Shown piece by piece: positions 62,605 through 64,000 of a stretch of DNA of 64,000 bases. Position 1 is the stretch's first letter, and each line of letters opens with the position of its first letter. The position numbers were made by a program, and so were the translations under genes. This stretch comes from Alphaproteobacteria bacterium (GTDB lineage: Bacteria > Pseudomonadota > Alphaproteobacteria > Rs-D84): positions 29,759 through 93,758 of the forward strand of contig JAFZUT010000018.1 of NCBI GenBank assembly GCA_017618175.1. Reading direction: 5' to 3'. The notes under the pieces were generated by a model. It saw only the letters and a program-made list of their open reading frames with translations, had not been told where the DNA came from and searched no databases.

Positions 62605-64000
62605 ATGAAAAAATATATACCAACCAAAGAAAAACCAATTGAAACATTGTGTCTATGCCGTGTTTCATCAGATAAACAAGCAAAGAAAGAAACTATCATG
62701 TCGCAAAAACAAGCATGTTTGGACTATGCGAAAAACAACGGCTTTGTTATAGACAGATTTTTTTATGAAGATGGTGTGTCTGGGTGGAAAACCGACCGAC
62801 CAGGGCTCGACATGATGGCGGAATATATAACACAAGAACAGAAAAACAAAAGAATAAGGGTCTTGTTCTTTGATATGTCGCGATTGTCGCGCAATTTAGA
62901 AGTGTTTAGCCGGTTTGAAAACTTGGTTATAAAATACGATATTGAGTTGCTGACGGTCACCGGTGGAAAGACCGCAAACAATGCTGCAGGTCGCTTTATG
63001 CGCGGATTTGATGTTTTGCGTGCCCAAATGTTTAGCGATGAATTATCGGAAACTACAATTGCAAAAATGCGGTCACAAATGCAAATGGGATATTACCCAT
63101 TAAATCCACCAGTGGGGTTAAAACGGGTAAAGGATGAACACAAAAAGGTCATATTAGTGCCGGATGAGCCAAAGGCCACATTGATACGGCAAGCGTTTGA
63201 AAAATATGCCTCGGGCGAATTGGCGACCAAACATGCGGTTGCAGATTTCTTAAATTCGCATGATGTGTGGAATGGGCGCAATATAACCGATACTTTGGCC
63301 AATGATATTTTGCACAATGTTGTTTATACCGGCATATTTGCTTATGACCCTTGGGGAATACCGCTCCAGGAGTGGAAAATTACCAAAATAATACCAATGG
63401 AATTGTTTGATGCAGTTCAAGCCCGATTAGATAAAAGTGGTTATAAATCATACAAATCCACTATTGGCGATGATTTTCCACTGAGACACGAGATATTTTG
63501 TGAACATTGCGGTCATCCATTAACTGGATATTACGCCAAAAGCGGCACCAAGGCATGTAAACATCCATATTACAGGTGCCATAACAAAGACTGTGAATTT
63601 CACAAGAAATCTATACGCAGAAACATTATTGAAAGGGCTTTTGTTGAAAAACTGCACACAGTAAAGGCCACAGATAAGTTCCTTGATTTATGCTGTGCTA
63701 TGATTGCCAAGATAGGCAAAATTAGGGAAAACGAAATAACCAGCGCAAACAACAAGACAAACGATAAGATAACGGCCATAAAGCAACGGATATCTGGAAT
63801 TACTGCGCTGGTTATGGATGCTATGGCAAGTGGAGATACAGATTTGGCCAACATATACCAGGGGCAAATTAAAGAACTAAATGCCAACAAGCAGGCATTG
63901 GAAAAACAATTGGAAAGCAACACCATATCCAATGTTGCCGAAAAATTTCGAACCGCCATTGAAAACGGACGCGAATTTTTCAAACGACCGGATTTACTGT
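62605..64000 (+). CDS. Large serine recombinase (integrase), 3' end outside window
   Basis: Open frame from the ATG at 62605 (RBS AAAGGGAAA) to the window end. Not in the ORF track because it has no stop. Resolvase catalytic motif LCRVSSDKQ, recombinase domain, Zn-ribbon CEHCGHPL...YYRCHNKDC, then coiled coil. Confidence 0.85.
   Translation, partial: MKKYIPTKEKPIETLCLCRVSSDKQAKKETIMSQKQACLDYAKNNGFVIDRFFYEDGVSGWKTDRPGLDMMAEYITQEQKNKRIRVLFFDMSRLSRNLEVFSRFENLVIKYDIELLTVTGGKTANNAAGRFMRGFDVLRAQMFSDELSETTIAKMRSQMQMGYYPLNPPVGLKRVKDEHKKVILVPDEPKATLIRQAFEKYASGELATKHAVADFLNSHDVWNGRNITDTLANDILHNVVYTGIFAYDPWGIPLQEWKITKIIPMELFDAVQARLDKSGYKSYKSTIGDDFPLRHEIFCEHCGHPLTGYYAKSGTKACKHPYYRCHNKDCEFHKKSIRRNIIERAFVEKLHTVKATDKFLDLCCAMIAKIGKIRENEITSANNKTNDKITAIKQRISGITALVMDAMASGDTDLANIYQGQIKELNANKQALEKQLESNTISNVAEKFRTAIENGREFFKRPDLL

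Overview
This 64-kb chromosomal window comes from a moderately AT-rich genome that looks alphaproteobacterial. That placement is an inference from gene order: tRNA-Trp-secE-nusG-rplKAJL-rpoBC, rpmF-plsX...fabH-ihfA, an olsB-olsA ornithine-lipid pair, and an INS-less ProRS. About two thirds is ordinary housekeeping: recR, rsmA, a CPA2 antiporter, lspA, yidC, the ribosomal/RNA polymerase block, plsX, fabH, ihfA, pepO, hemW, mltB, olsBA, proS, ldh, sodB, cvpA, a U32 peptidase, rpmF, rpmG, four tRNAs and several outer-membrane beta-barrels. Three accessory regions stand out. (1) A terminator-bounded virB8-virB9-virB10-like operon at 6.1-10.8 kb has no ATPase or pilus genes nearby. Its VirB9 homologue carries a C-terminal SPOR-like domain. 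Its VirB10 homologue is about twice normal size and ends in a Cys-rich tail. (2) An ~8.8-kb insertion splits the conserved plsX-fabH operon at 25.5-34.4 kb. It ends at tRNA-Arg(CCU) and contains two ~140-bp MITE-like repeats bracketing a phospholipase-D lipoprotein and two large secreted proteins. Those proteins are built from an unassigned ~30-aa four-cysteine module. Small paralogous secreted proteins, one with a knottin-pattern tail, lie at 11.0 and 25.8 kb behind long structured leaders. (3) An AT-rich mobile-element-like region downstream of tRNA-Leu runs from 56.4 kb to the window end. It carries a phage-type lysozyme, a deaminase, two lipoproteins, a consensus promoter followed by an iteron-like TTATGAT array, and a large serine recombinase truncated by the window edge. 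A dispersed CACTAA/TTAGTG short tandem repeat occurs in three intergenic spacers. No CRISPR array or rRNA was seen. All family assignments come from motif recognition by eye and need HMM or structure searches to confirm.
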